64,000 nucleotides of DNA from Cloacibacterium sp. GTDB lineage: Bacteria > Bacteroidota > Bacteroidia > Flavobacteriales > Weeksellaceae. Under the pieces are notes generated by a model that worked only from the letters and a program-made list of their open reading frames with translations, searched no databases and was not told where the DNA came from. Below are positions 48,498-57,587 of this stretch, in pieces. Position 1 is the stretch's first letter. Each line of letters starts with the position of its first letter. The DNA lies in the NCBI GenBank assembly GCA_046296655.1, contig JBKBLE010000011.1, positions 290-64,289 on the forward strand, written 5' to 3'. Both the position numbers and the translations under genes were made by a program.

Positions 48498-48878
48498 ACC
48501 GAAAATGATATTTCTTATTTAATAAGAAAAGCAATATTTAATGTTTATAACGGATTAGGTCCGGGTTTGCTAGAGTCTGTTTATCAAAAAGTTCTAATAT
48601 ATGAGCTTGAAGATTTAGGTTTATAAGTGAAATGTGAAGTTCCTATTCCAATTGTATATAATGATATAGTTTTTGATTGTAACTTTAGAATTGATATTTT
48701 AGTAGAAGATTTGGTTATCATTGAATTAAAATCTGTAAAAGAATTAGAAGATGTGCACTATAAGCAAGTTTCAACTTATTTAAAACTTTCGAATAAGAAA
48801 CTGGGAATTTTAGTGAATTTTAATACTGATAAGATTTTAAATTCTATTAAAAGAATTGTCAATAAATTTGAAGATTAG
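48498..48878 (+). pseudogene. GxxExxY family (PD-(D/E)xK-like) pseudogene
   Basis: TENDISYLIRKAIFNVYNGLGPGLLESVYQK...LGL*VKCEVPI...RIDILVEDLVIIELKS...QVSTYLK...GILVNF. In-frame TAA at 48624-48626, and no in-frame ATG at the expected start. Confidence 0.88.
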
Positions 48879-48911
48879 AATCTGCCCAATCAGCAAAATC
48901 AGCGAGAGATA
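48879..48911. repeat. 9-nt-period repeat arm downstream of GxxExxY
   Basis: AATCTGCCCAATCAGCAAAATCAGCGAGAGATA. The 19 nt at 48893-48911 are identical to 48434-48452. Confidence 0.85.
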
Positions 48912-48917
48912 AGACTT

Positions 48918-49622
48918 ATGGAAAAATACTACTGCAGCGTATCTGTTTCACCGATGAGAACCGAAGTTTCAGAAAAATCTGAAATGATTTCTCAGATTTT
49001 ATATGGTGAAACCTGCGAAATTTTAGAAACGGAAGGGAATTTCAGTAAAATCAAAATGGATTTTGATGGCTATGAAGGTTGGATAAATACTTCAGTTTTG
49101 AAAAAACAAAATGCTGAAATTTCTAAAAATTTGGTGACGCAGTCTTTTGGTGAATTTAATTTGCCAGAAGGAAAAAGTTTACTTTCCATAGGAAGTGAAG
49201 TCGGTTTTGCAACAGAAAATACTATTGATACAAATAACCTGCGAGAAAGTTTAGTAGCAACGGCCAAAAAATTCTTGAATGTCCCTTTTTTATGGGGAGG
49301 AAGAAGTTTTTTTGGAATAGATGATAGCGGATTTGTGCAGTTGTTGTATAAAGTTCACGGAATTACTTTACCGAGAGATCCAAAACAACAGGCTTTACAA
49401 GGAACAGCTCGTGATTTTGTAGAAGAAAGCGAAGCAGGAGATTTAGCGTTTTTTGAAGATGCAGAAGGAAAAATTATTCATGTAGGTTTGGTATTGTCAC
49501 CTTTTGAAATCATTCATGCAAGTGGAAAAGTGAGAATAGATTCTCTAGATTTTTCTGGAATTTATAATGCAGAACAAAATAAGCACACGCACAAATTGAG
49601 GTTTGTGAAAACAATGATTTAA
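48918..49622 (+). CDS. SH3 + NlpC/P60 (C40) protein lacking the catalytic Cys
   Basis: SEMISQILYGE, PFLWGGRS, GIDDSG (Cys to Asp), HVG and IIHASG. Confidence 0.85.
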   Translation: MEKYYCSVSVSPMRTEVSEKSEMISQILYGETCEILETEGNFSKIKMDFDGYEGWINTSVLKKQNAEISKNLVTQSFGEFNLPEGKSLLSIGSEVGFATENTIDTNNLRESLVATAKKFLNVPFLWGGRSFFGIDDSGFVQLLYKVHGITLPRDPKQQALQGTARDFVEESEAGDLAFFEDAEGKIIHVGLVLSPFEIIHASGKVRIDSLDFSGIYNAEQNKHTHKLRFVKTMI

Positions 49623-49678
49623 TTAAAAATTGGAAGTTGTGAATTAATGACTAAGTTTTAAAAAAATATTTTTATTAA

Positions 49679-50143
49679 ATGATAAACTACAAAAACATTA
49701 ATAAACTACTGTTAATTATTCAAGTTCTATTGTTTTTATTTTTATGGATTTTCACAATAATTCATTTTTCTGAACTTCCCGAAATAATTCCTCAACATTA
49801 TGGATTTGATGGAAAACCAAATGTTTATGGAAACAAAAGCATGATTTGGACTTTGCCTATTATAGGGAGTTTACTTTTTCTTTTGCTCAATCATGTCTCA
49901 AAAAATACAGATTCAGAATTACTAAATATATCTCCAAAAATAAAAGCAAAGCCCGAATTAGCAAGAACTTTTGTAAATGCACTATTAGTTTTTATTCTAT
50001 TCTTGTTTTCCAGAATTTTATTTGAAGAAATAAAAATTATTAAAGGATTTCAAGAAAGTTTATCTTTTTTTGTCCATACAATAATTATTGTTATGTTGGT
50101 TTCTATTGTTGGTTTTAATACCTATTATCATTACAAAAAATAA
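49679..50143 (+). CDS. DUF1648 (SdpI-like) membrane protein
   Basis: LPEIIPQHYGFDGKPN motif and 4 TM helices. Confidence 0.75.
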   Translation: MINYKNINKLLLIIQVLLFLFLWIFTIIHFSELPEIIPQHYGFDGKPNVYGNKSMIWTLPIIGSLLFLLLNHVSKNTDSELLNISPKIKAKPELARTFVNALLVFILFLFSRILFEEIKIIKGFQESLSFFVHTIIIVMLVSIVGFNTYYHYKK

Positions 50144-50158
50144 AATTACATTCTCACA

Positions 50159-51400
50159 TTGAAATTTCTCTACAACATATCCATCTTTCACCTTGAGTTA
50201 GCGTTCAAGGTTTTGTCGTGGTTTAATGATAAGATTAAACGTGGTTTAGAAGGCAGGAAGAAATCTTTGGAAATTGTAAAATCTAAAATAAAAAATGAGG
50301 ACAAAGTCCTCTGGATGCACGCTGCAAGTTTGGGAGAATACGAACAAGGTTTGCCTGTTTTAGAAAAATTGAAAGAAAAATATCCTAATCATAAAGTTTT
50401 AATTACTTTCTTCTCGCCTTCTGGTTATGAAAACGTGGTGAAAAAGAATAAAGAAGATATTTTGTGTTATCTACCTTTTGATAAAAAATCTACGATTTCA
50501 GAATTTGTAAAAGCGGTTCATCCTGAAATTTTCTTTACTGTAAAATATGATTTTTGGTATCATCTTTTAGACGAATTAAAAAAGATAAATGCTAAAGTTT
50601 TTGTGATTTCAGCATTGTTTTATGAAAATCAAGTTTATTTTAAGCCCCAAGGAAAATGGTTTGTAAACGAACTGAAAAAAAATGTGGATTGGATTTTTCA
50701 TCAAACAGAAAAATCTCTTTCTTTAGCTCAAAAAGTTGGTTTAACCAAAGGTTCGGTTTCTGGCGATACTCGTTTTGACCGAGTGAAACAAATCAAAAAC
50801 CGAGATAATTTCGTAGAGTTTATTTCTGAATTTAAAGCCGAAAAAAAACTGTTAGTTTTCGGAAGCTCTTGGGAAGCCGAAGAAAAAATGGCTCAAATTC
50901 TTTCTCAAAAATTAGAAAATTTCAAAATTCTCATTGCTCCTCACGATTTGAAAAGAGTTCAAAATTTAAAACAAATATTTCCTAATGCTATTCTTTATAG
51001 TGAATTGAAAACTTCCAGCTTCCAGCTTCCAGCTTCCAGCATTTTAATTATTGATTGTATTGGTTTGCTTTCAAAATTGTATTCTTATGCTGATATTGCA
51101 GTTGTAGGTGGTGGTTTTCACGATAAAGGTTTGCACAATATTTTAGAAGCGGCAACTTTCGGTGTTCCTGTAATTTTTGGAAATCAATACAAGAAAAATC
51201 CAGAAGCAGATGCTTTAATTGCCCAAAATGGAGGGAAATCTTTTGCTCAAGTAGAATTGGCAGCTGATTTTGTTATTGAATTGGCTCAAAATCAAAATTT
51301 ATTATTTGAAATGAGCGAAAATGCAGGAAATTTTGTTCATTCTCAACCGAATTCTTCCGAGATTATTTTGAAGAAAATTTTAGAAATTGTAAAGTTGTGA
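50159..51400 (+). CDS. waaA: 3-deoxy-D-manno-octulosonic acid transferase
   Basis: WMHAASLGEYEQ, TFFSPSG, GDTRFDRV, IAPH and HNILEAA. TTG start. Confidence 0.95.
   Translation: MKFLYNISIFHLELAFKVLSWFNDKIKRGLEGRKKSLEIVKSKIKNEDKVLWMHAASLGEYEQGLPVLEKLKEKYPNHKVLITFFSPSGYENVVKKNKEDILCYLPFDKKSTISEFVKAVHPEIFFTVKYDFWYHLLDELKKINAKVFVISALFYENQVYFKPQGKWFVNELKKNVDWIFHQTEKSLSLAQKVGLTKGSVSGDTRFDRVKQIKNRDNFVEFISEFKAEKKLLVFGSSWEAEEKMAQILSQKLENFKILIAPHDLKRVQNLKQIFPNAILYSELKTSSFQLPASSILIIDCIGLLSKLYSYADIAVVGGGFHDKGLHNILEAATFGVPVIFGNQYKKNPEADALIAQNGGKSFAQVELAADFVIELAQNQNLLFEMSENAGNFVHSQPNSSEIILKKILEIVKL
51012..51039 (+). repeat. (CTTCCAG)x4 microsatellite inside waaA
   Basis: Four perfect heptamers, encoding TSSFQLPASS. 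Confidence 0.9.
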
Positions 51401-51446
51401 AGATGTGAAGTCGTTTTAGCGGTTTTACAACTTTACGAATCATCAA
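51387..51446. repeat. 8-nt-period inverted repeat element between convergent waaA and GT2
   Basis: Left arm TTGTAAAG-TTGTGAAG-ATGTGAAG; right arm TTTTACAA-CTTTACGA-ATCATCAA. Confidence 0.5.
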
Positions 51447-51459
51447 CTTTGCAGAAAAT

Positions 51460-52212
51460 CTAATTAAAAATCTTCGAATATTTCTTAAATCCATTGAAAG
51501 CCCAATTCGCGGTATAATATAAAGACTTTAGCGTGGAAAAATTCATGTGTTCTTTGTAAACCAAATATTGGTCTTTCATGATATTGGTTTTATTTCGGGA
51601 AACACTTCCTTCTCGCATTCTGTATTTAGCCAAAGTTTTTTTAAGAGGCTTTCCGTAAGGGATTTTTTTAAGTAAATTGAGCCACATAACATGGTCTTCG
51701 CGTTTGCTTCCTTCTGGGAAAAATTCTTTGCCCACTCTTTCAGAATCGTACATAGAAGCGAGGAGAGAAAGTCTGCAAGTTTTGAGCAAATTATCAAAAT
51801 TCACCTCAATGTCTGCCTCGAAATCTACAATTTTGGGTTGTAAATGTTCATCACATCTTGCATAAGTGCAATATGCCAATTCTGCGTTTTCAGATTGCAT
51901 AAAAGAAATCATTTCTGATAAGAAATTGGGTTCCCAATAATCATCCGCATCTAGAAAAGTAATGTATCTACCCGTCGCTTTTTCTAGAGCAAGATTTCGA
52001 GCATGTCCAGCTCCTCCGTTTTTTTCGGCTTCTATTAAAATAATTCTAGAATCTTGGTGCTTTTTAATGATTTCTACGGAATTGTCTGTGGACTTGTCAT
52101 CGGTAATAATCCATTCCCAATCCTGAAAAGTTTGTGACAGGACAGATTTTATGGTGTCTTCTATAAATTTTGAAGAATTATAACATGGAGTAATAATGGA
52201 AACTTTTGACAT
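51460..52212 (-). CDS. Family 2 glycosyltransferase (TuaG-like)
   Basis: VSIITPCYNS, TDDKSTD, FLDADD and EDHVMWL. Confidence 0.92.
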   Translation of the reverse strand: MSKVSIITPCYNSSKFIEDTIKSVLSQTFQDWEWIITDDKSTDNSVEIIKKHQDSRIILIEAEKNGGAGHARNLALEKATGRYITFLDADDYWEPNFLSEMISFMQSENAELAYCTYARCDEHLQPKIVDFEADIEVNFDNLLKTCRLSLLASMYDSERVGKEFFPEGSKREDHVMWLNLLKKIPYGKPLKKTLAKYRMREGSVSRNKTNIMKDQYLVYKEHMNFSTLKSLYYTANWAFNGFKKYSKIFN

Positions 52213-52374
52213 TTATTGTTGCTTAGTGCTTTGCAAAAATACTAATTTTAAAAATTTCATTGAATGTGAATGCATTTCTTTTAAAAAACTTAAATTTGTG
52301 CATCAAAATTCACTTTGTCAAAGTTTAAAATCATTGACAGAGTTTTTTATAATTTTAAAATTTCATATAAAATA

Positions 52375-55188
52375 ATGTTCTACAATCATCAAGAAATAGA
52401 AAAAAAATGGCAGAAGTTTTGGGAAGAAAACCAAACTTATAAAACTGAAAATAATTCTACAAAACCTAAATTCTACGTTCTAGATATGTTTCCTTATCCT
52501 TCTGGAGCGGGTTTACACGTAGGTCACCCTCTGGGTTATATCGCCTCGGATATTTATGCAAGGTTCAAGAGACATCAAGGTTTTAACGTTTTGCACCCTA
52601 TTGGTTATGATTCTTTCGGTTTGCCAGCAGAACAATACGCCATTCAAACTGGGCAACATCCTGCGATTACTACAGAGCAAAATATTTCCAGATACGAAGA
52701 ACAATTGCGCAAAATTGGCTTCTCTTTCGATTGGAGCAGAGAAGTCAGAACTTCTGATGCTTCATATTATAAATGGACGCAATGGATTTTTATAGAATTG
52801 TTTCATTCTTGGTACAATAAAACTTCTGATAAAGCAGAATCTATCGAAACTTTGGTAGAACATTTTTCAAAATTTGGGACAGAAAACTTAAATGCTGTTC
52901 AGAATGATGAATTAAACTTCACCGCAGAAGAATGGAATGCTGCTGATGAAAACAAAAAACAAGATATTTTACTCAATTACAGATTGGCGTACAGAGCCGA
53001 AACTACGGTAAACTGGTGTCCTGCTCTCGGAACGGTTTTAGCGAATGATGAAGTTAAAGACGGAAAATCTGAACGTGGAGGTTACCCTGTTTTTCAGAAA
53101 AAAATGATGCAATGGAGCATGAGAATCACTGCGTATTCTGAAAGACTTTTAAATGGGTTAAAGACCCTAGATTGGCCACAACCATTGAAGGATTCTCAAG
53201 AATATTGGATTGGAAAATCTCAAGGAGCTGCTGTAAAATTCAAAGTTTCTGGAATGGATGAGAAGATTGAAGTTTTCACCACTCGTCCTGATACTATTTT
53301 TGGGGTAACTTTTATGGTTTTAGCACCAGAAAATCCTTTGGTGGAGAAATTAACAACGGCAGAGCAAAAATCTGAAGTTGAAAATTATATAGAAGAAACT
53401 TCTAAAAAAACAGAACGTGATAGAATGGCAGACGTGAAAAACGTTTCTGGAGCTTTCACAGGAAGTTATGCCATAAATCCTTTCACAGGGAAAAATATCC
53501 CAATTTATATTTCAGATTACGTTTTGATGGGTTACGGAACTGGCGCTGTAATGGCAGTTCCTGCGCATGATGAACGCGACCACCGTTTTGCTAAAAAATT
53601 CGGTTTAGAAATCATCAACGTTATTGAAAATGATGTTGATATTCAAGAAGAATCTTATGATTCTAAAGATTCAGTTTGTGTAAATTCTGAATTTTTGAAC
53701 GGACTGAATTATAATGACGCAAAAGCAAAAATTATTTCAGAAATCGAAAAAATGGGAATCGGTCACGGAACTACCAATTACAGACAACGAGATGCGATTT
53801 TCTCTCGTCAAAGATATTGGGGAGAACCAGTTCCTGTCTATTATAAAGAAGGAATGCCTTATACTTTACCAGTTTCTGCATTGCCTTTAGAATTGCCAGA
53901 AGTAGAGAAATATTTGCCAACAGAAGACGGTGATCCACCATTAGGAAACGCAAAAAATTTCGCTTGGGATGAGGTTAATCAAAAAGTAGTTTCTGTAGAT
54001 TTAATTGATGAAAAAACCGTTTTCCCAATGGAACTTTCTACAATGCCAGGTTGGGCAGGAAGTTCTTGGTATTTCTTGAGATATATGGATCCGAAAAATG
54101 ATGGAGAATTCTGTGCAAAAGATTTATCAGATTATTGGGGACAAGTAGATTTATACATTGGAGGAAGCGAACACGCAACTGGTCACTTATTGTATTCTAG
54201 ATTTTGGAATATGTTCTTAAAAGACAGAGGTTACATTAACCAAGATGAGCCTTTCCAAAAATTGATTAATCAAGGAATGATTTTGGGAATGAGCGCTTTT
54301 GTTTACAGAATTGATGGAACGAATCAATTTGTTTCGAAAAGTTTAGCCAAAGATTATCAAACTCAAAAAATCCACGTTGATGTTTCTTTATTAAAAGGAA
54401 CTACAGATGAACTGGATATTGAAGCATTTAAAAAATGGAGAGCAGAATTTGCTGATGCAGAATTTATTTTAGAAGACGGAAAATATATCTGTGAACGCGA
54501 AGTAGAAAAAATGTCCAAGTCTAAATACAACGTTGTCAATCCAGATGATATTTGTGAAGAATACGGAGCAGATTGTTTAAGATTGTACGAAATGTTTTTG
54601 GGACCTTTAGAACAATCAAAACCTTGGAATACACAAGGTTTAAGCGGTGTTTACGGATTTTTGAAAAAATTCTATAACCTTTATTTTGATGGAGATAACT
54701 TCTCAGTTTCAGACGAAGAGCCAACCAAAGCAGAATTGAAGGTGCTGCATACTTTGATTAAGAAATTTACGTTTGATATTCAGAATTTCTCATTCAATAC
54801 TTCGGTTTCGCAGTTTATGATTGCTGTAAACGAGTTGCAAAAAATGAAATGCAATAAAAGAGCGATTTTAGAACCTTTAGCGGTTATTATTTCGCCTTAT
54901 GCGCCACATATTTGCGAAGAATTGTGGGAGAAACTAGGAAATAATACTTCTATAGAATTCGAGAAATTGCCAGAATTAAATGAAGCGTATTTGGTAGAAG
55001 ATGAGATTAACTATCCGGTAAGTTTCAATGGTAAAATGAAGTTTACCTTGGCTTTAGCAGCGGATTTAGATGCTAAACAAATTGAAGAAATAGCGATGAG
55101 TAATGAAAAGGTTCAAGAGATTTTAGCGGGAGCAACTCCTAAAAAAATAATTATTGTGCCAAAGAAGATTATCAATATCGTTTTTTAA
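52375..55188 (+). CDS. leuS: Leucine--tRNA ligase
   Basis: MFPYPSGAGLHVGH, FTTRPDT and KMSKS. ATG 52375 is preferred over the track's TTG 52315. Confidence 0.98.
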   Translation: MFYNHQEIEKKWQKFWEENQTYKTENNSTKPKFYVLDMFPYPSGAGLHVGHPLGYIASDIYARFKRHQGFNVLHPIGYDSFGLPAEQYAIQTGQHPAITTEQNISRYEEQLRKIGFSFDWSREVRTSDASYYKWTQWIFIELFHSWYNKTSDKAESIETLVEHFSKFGTENLNAVQNDELNFTAEEWNAADENKKQDILLNYRLAYRAETTVNWCPALGTVLANDEVKDGKSERGGYPVFQKKMMQWSMRITAYSERLLNGLKTLDWPQPLKDSQEYWIGKSQGAAVKFKVSGMDEKIEVFTTRPDTIFGVTFMVLAPENPLVEKLTTAEQKSEVENYIEETSKKTERDRMADVKNVSGAFTGSYAINPFTGKNIPIYISDYVLMGYGTGAVMAVPAHDERDHRFAKKFGLEIINVIENDVDIQEESYDSKDSVCVNSEFLNGLNYNDAKAKIISEIEKMGIGHGTTNYRQRDAIFSRQRYWGEPVPVYYKEGMPYTLPVSALPLELPEVEKYLPTEDGDPPLGNAKNFAWDEVNQKVVSVDLIDEKTVFPMELSTMPGWAGSSWYFLRYMDPKNDGEFCAKDLSDYWGQVDLYIGGSEHATGHLLYSRFWNMFLKDRGYINQDEPFQKLINQGMILGMSAFVYRIDGTNQFVSKSLAKDYQTQKIHVDVSLLKGTTDELDIEAFKKWRAEFADAEFILEDGKYICEREVEKMSKSKYNVVNPDDICEEYGADCLRLYEMFLGPLEQSKPWNTQGLSGVYGFLKKFYNLYFDGDNFSVSDEEPTKAELKVLHTLIKKFTFDIQNFSFNTSVSQFMIAVNELQKMKCNKRAILEPLAVIISPYAPHICEELWEKLGNNTSIEFEKLPELNEAYLVEDEINYPVSFNGKMKFTLALAADLDAKQIEEIAMSNEKVQEILAGATPKKIIIVPKKIINIVF

Positions 55189-55455
55189 GGAATTGTTAAA
55201 TATTTTTTAAAAATTTATAAAAATTTCTTTGAATATTTGAAAAAAAATAAGGCTAAAAATTTTGTAGTTTTTATGATTTTAACATTATGTGAAAATATCT
55301 CACAAAAATTATAAAATATATTGTTAAATCTGTAATCTACAATGGTTTTCGAGAAACAAAAAATTTATCATAGTTTGATTTTTTAACTTGCATTTTCCAA
55401 TAAAATAGCTTTATTTTACAGCCTCAAAAAATTAACAATTATAATTTAGTTTAAT

Positions 55456-56319
55456 ATGGAAATGAATGTTTCAACACAAGAGGAGCAATTAGTTGCTAAA
55501 AAGTCAGGAGGTCTTAATCCTGCAATTGTATTACCTATTTTATTAGCAATAGGTGTATTAATTTATTTATTCGTTTTAGGAAATCCTGCAAACTTCAAAG
55601 CGGATTCTAGACTTACGGGTGGATCAGTAGCTTTAGCAGACATAGAGTCTAAAGAATTGCACCCAGAATCTTTCATGGGAATTATTTACATGGGAGGTCC
55701 AGTTGTACCTATTTTGATTACTTTCATGATTACGGTAATCGTTTTCTCTTTTGAGCGTTTCTTTGTTTTAAGAAAAGCAGCAGGAACTGGTAATTTAGAG
55801 AATTTTGTTGTTAAGGTGAGAAGTCTATTAAACAAAAACAAAGTAGATGAGGCTATTGAAGAGTGTGATGCGCAGAAAGGTTCAGTAGGAAATGTTGTGA
55901 AAGAAGGTCTTACTACTTATAAAGCTTTAGCTCATGATACAACTCTTAATAAAGAGCAAAAAATGGTAGCGCTTACTAAATCAATTGAAGAAGCTACTAC
56001 ATTAGAAATGCCAATGTTAGAAAAGAACATGATGATTCTTTCTACTCTAGGTACAGTTGCTACATTAGTTGCGTTATTAGGAACCGTAATCGGGATGATT
56101 AAAGCATTCTTCGCTTTAGGTTCTGGTGGTGGTACACCAGATGCTGCTGCGTTATCAATCGGTATTTCTGAGGCACTTATTAATACTGCATTAGGTATTG
56201 GTACTTCTGCTATCGCTATTATCCTTTATAACTTCTTTACTTCTAAAATTGACGGTCTTACATACAAGATTGACGAAATCGGTATGTCTATCCAACAATC
56301 TTTTGCAGAATTCCACTAA
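55456..56319 (+). CDS. exbB: MotA/TolQ/ExbB proton channel
   Basis: LGTVATLVALLGTVIGMIKAF and GISEALINTALG. Confidence 0.93.
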   Translation: MEMNVSTQEEQLVAKKSGGLNPAIVLPILLAIGVLIYLFVLGNPANFKADSRLTGGSVALADIESKELHPESFMGIIYMGGPVVPILITFMITVIVFSFERFFVLRKAAGTGNLENFVVKVRSLLNKNKVDEAIEECDAQKGSVGNVVKEGLTTYKALAHDTTLNKEQKMVALTKSIEEATTLEMPMLEKNMMILSTLGTVATLVALLGTVIGMIKAFFALGSGGGTPDAAALSIGISEALINTALGIGTSAIAIILYNFFTSKIDGLTYKIDEIGMSIQQSFAEFH

Positions 56320-56404
56320 TAAGTCGGTATTTGGCAAATTATTTGCAGTTTCTTTTATGGGGAATTGCAGAGAAATAGAAGTTTAATTAAAATAAAAAAA
56401 AATA

Positions 56405-56995
56405 ATGGCGAGAGTAAAACCTAAAAGACATGGTGTTGTAACAGACATGACAGCAATGTGTGATGTTGCATTCCTTTTGCTTACATTCTTTATCTTAACT
56501 ACACAGTTTAAGAAACCAGATGTAGAGCAAATTAAACCGCCATCTTCTATTTCAGAAAAACTACTTCCTGATGGTAATTTAATGACTATTAGTATTACGC
56601 CAGAAGGTAAGTTCTATTTTTCACCTGTAGATAATTTTAAAGAAAGATCACAGCTTCTTGATATTATGGGTAAAAAATACAATATGACTTTTTCTGATGA
56701 AGATAAAATAGCTTTCTACAAAACTCAGGCTTTCGGAGTTCCAATGAATCAATTAAAAGGATTCTTGAAAATGTCTGAAGATGAAAGAAAGTTGGCGAAA
56801 CAAAGTGGAATTCCTCTTGATAGTGTAAATAAACAAATGATAGATTGGGTAAGTTCTAGCTTAGAAATTAATCCAGAATATAAATTGGCTATCAAAGGAG
56901 ATGGGGCTACTAATTACCCGAAAGTGAAAAATCTATTCGAGGGACTTAGAGACATAGAGTATTATAAATTTTGGTTGATTACCACTCAAGAATAA
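56405..56995 (+). CDS. exbD: ExbD/TolR family protein
   Basis: DMTAMCDVAFLLLTFFILT and IKGD. Confidence 0.92.
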   Translation: MARVKPKRHGVVTDMTAMCDVAFLLLTFFILTTQFKKPDVEQIKPPSSISEKLLPDGNLMTISITPEGKFYFSPVDNFKERSQLLDIMGKKYNMTFSDEDKIAFYKTQAFGVPMNQLKGFLKMSEDERKLAKQSGIPLDSVNKQMIDWVSSSLEINPEYKLAIKGDGATNYPKVKNLFEGLRDIEYYKFWLITTQE

Positions 56996-57007
56996 ACAAC
57001 GAAAGAA

Positions 57008-57571
57008 ATGGCAGAAGTACAAGTACAAGAAAAAGGCGAAAAAGGCGGGAAAGTCCGCTCGAAAAAGCAGAGTACTAGAGTCGATATGACTCCTATGGTG
57101 GACTTAGGTTTTCTTTTGATTACGTTCTTTATGTTTACTACTACTTTTAGTAAACCGAATGTAATGGATCTTGGGTTACCAGCAAAACCAAAACCAAATG
57201 CAGTAAAACCACCACCAACAGAAATTGACCTATCAAATTCAATTTCATTAATTATTGGTAAAGATGATAGAATTTTCTATCACCAGTTAGATCAAGCTGG
57301 TCTTAATGAACAGACTTTACAAGAAACTACTTATGATAGAGAAGGGATTACAAAAGTAATCGAGCAAGCAAAACGTAATGCTAAAGATGTTACTAAATTT
57401 ACAGTAATTATCAAGCCTACAGATGATGCAGTATATAAAAATTTCGTAGATATTCTTGATGAAATGGCTATAACTAAGTCAGAACAATATGGTGTTACAG
57501 ACATTAAGCCATGGGAAAAAGCAATCTATGATAAAAAAATTGCAGGTTCTTCACCAGCACCAGCAAAATAA
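57008..57571 (+). CDS. exbD: Second ExbD/TolR family protein
   Basis: DMTPMVDLGFLLITFFMFT and VDILDEM. Confidence 0.92.
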   Translation: MAEVQVQEKGEKGGKVRSKKQSTRVDMTPMVDLGFLLITFFMFTTTFSKPNVMDLGLPAKPKPNAVKPPPTEIDLSNSISLIIGKDDRIFYHQLDQAGLNEQTLQETTYDREGITKVIEQAKRNAKDVTKFTVIIKPTDDAVYKNFVDILDEMAITKSEQYGVTDIKPWEKAIYDKKIAGSSPAPAK

Positions 57572-57587
57572 TTAATTCAAAATTTAT

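Noticed and set aside
48627-48878. 83-aa ORF as a stand-alone gene
   Set aside because: It is the distal half of the GxxExxY pseudogene, after the in-frame TAA.
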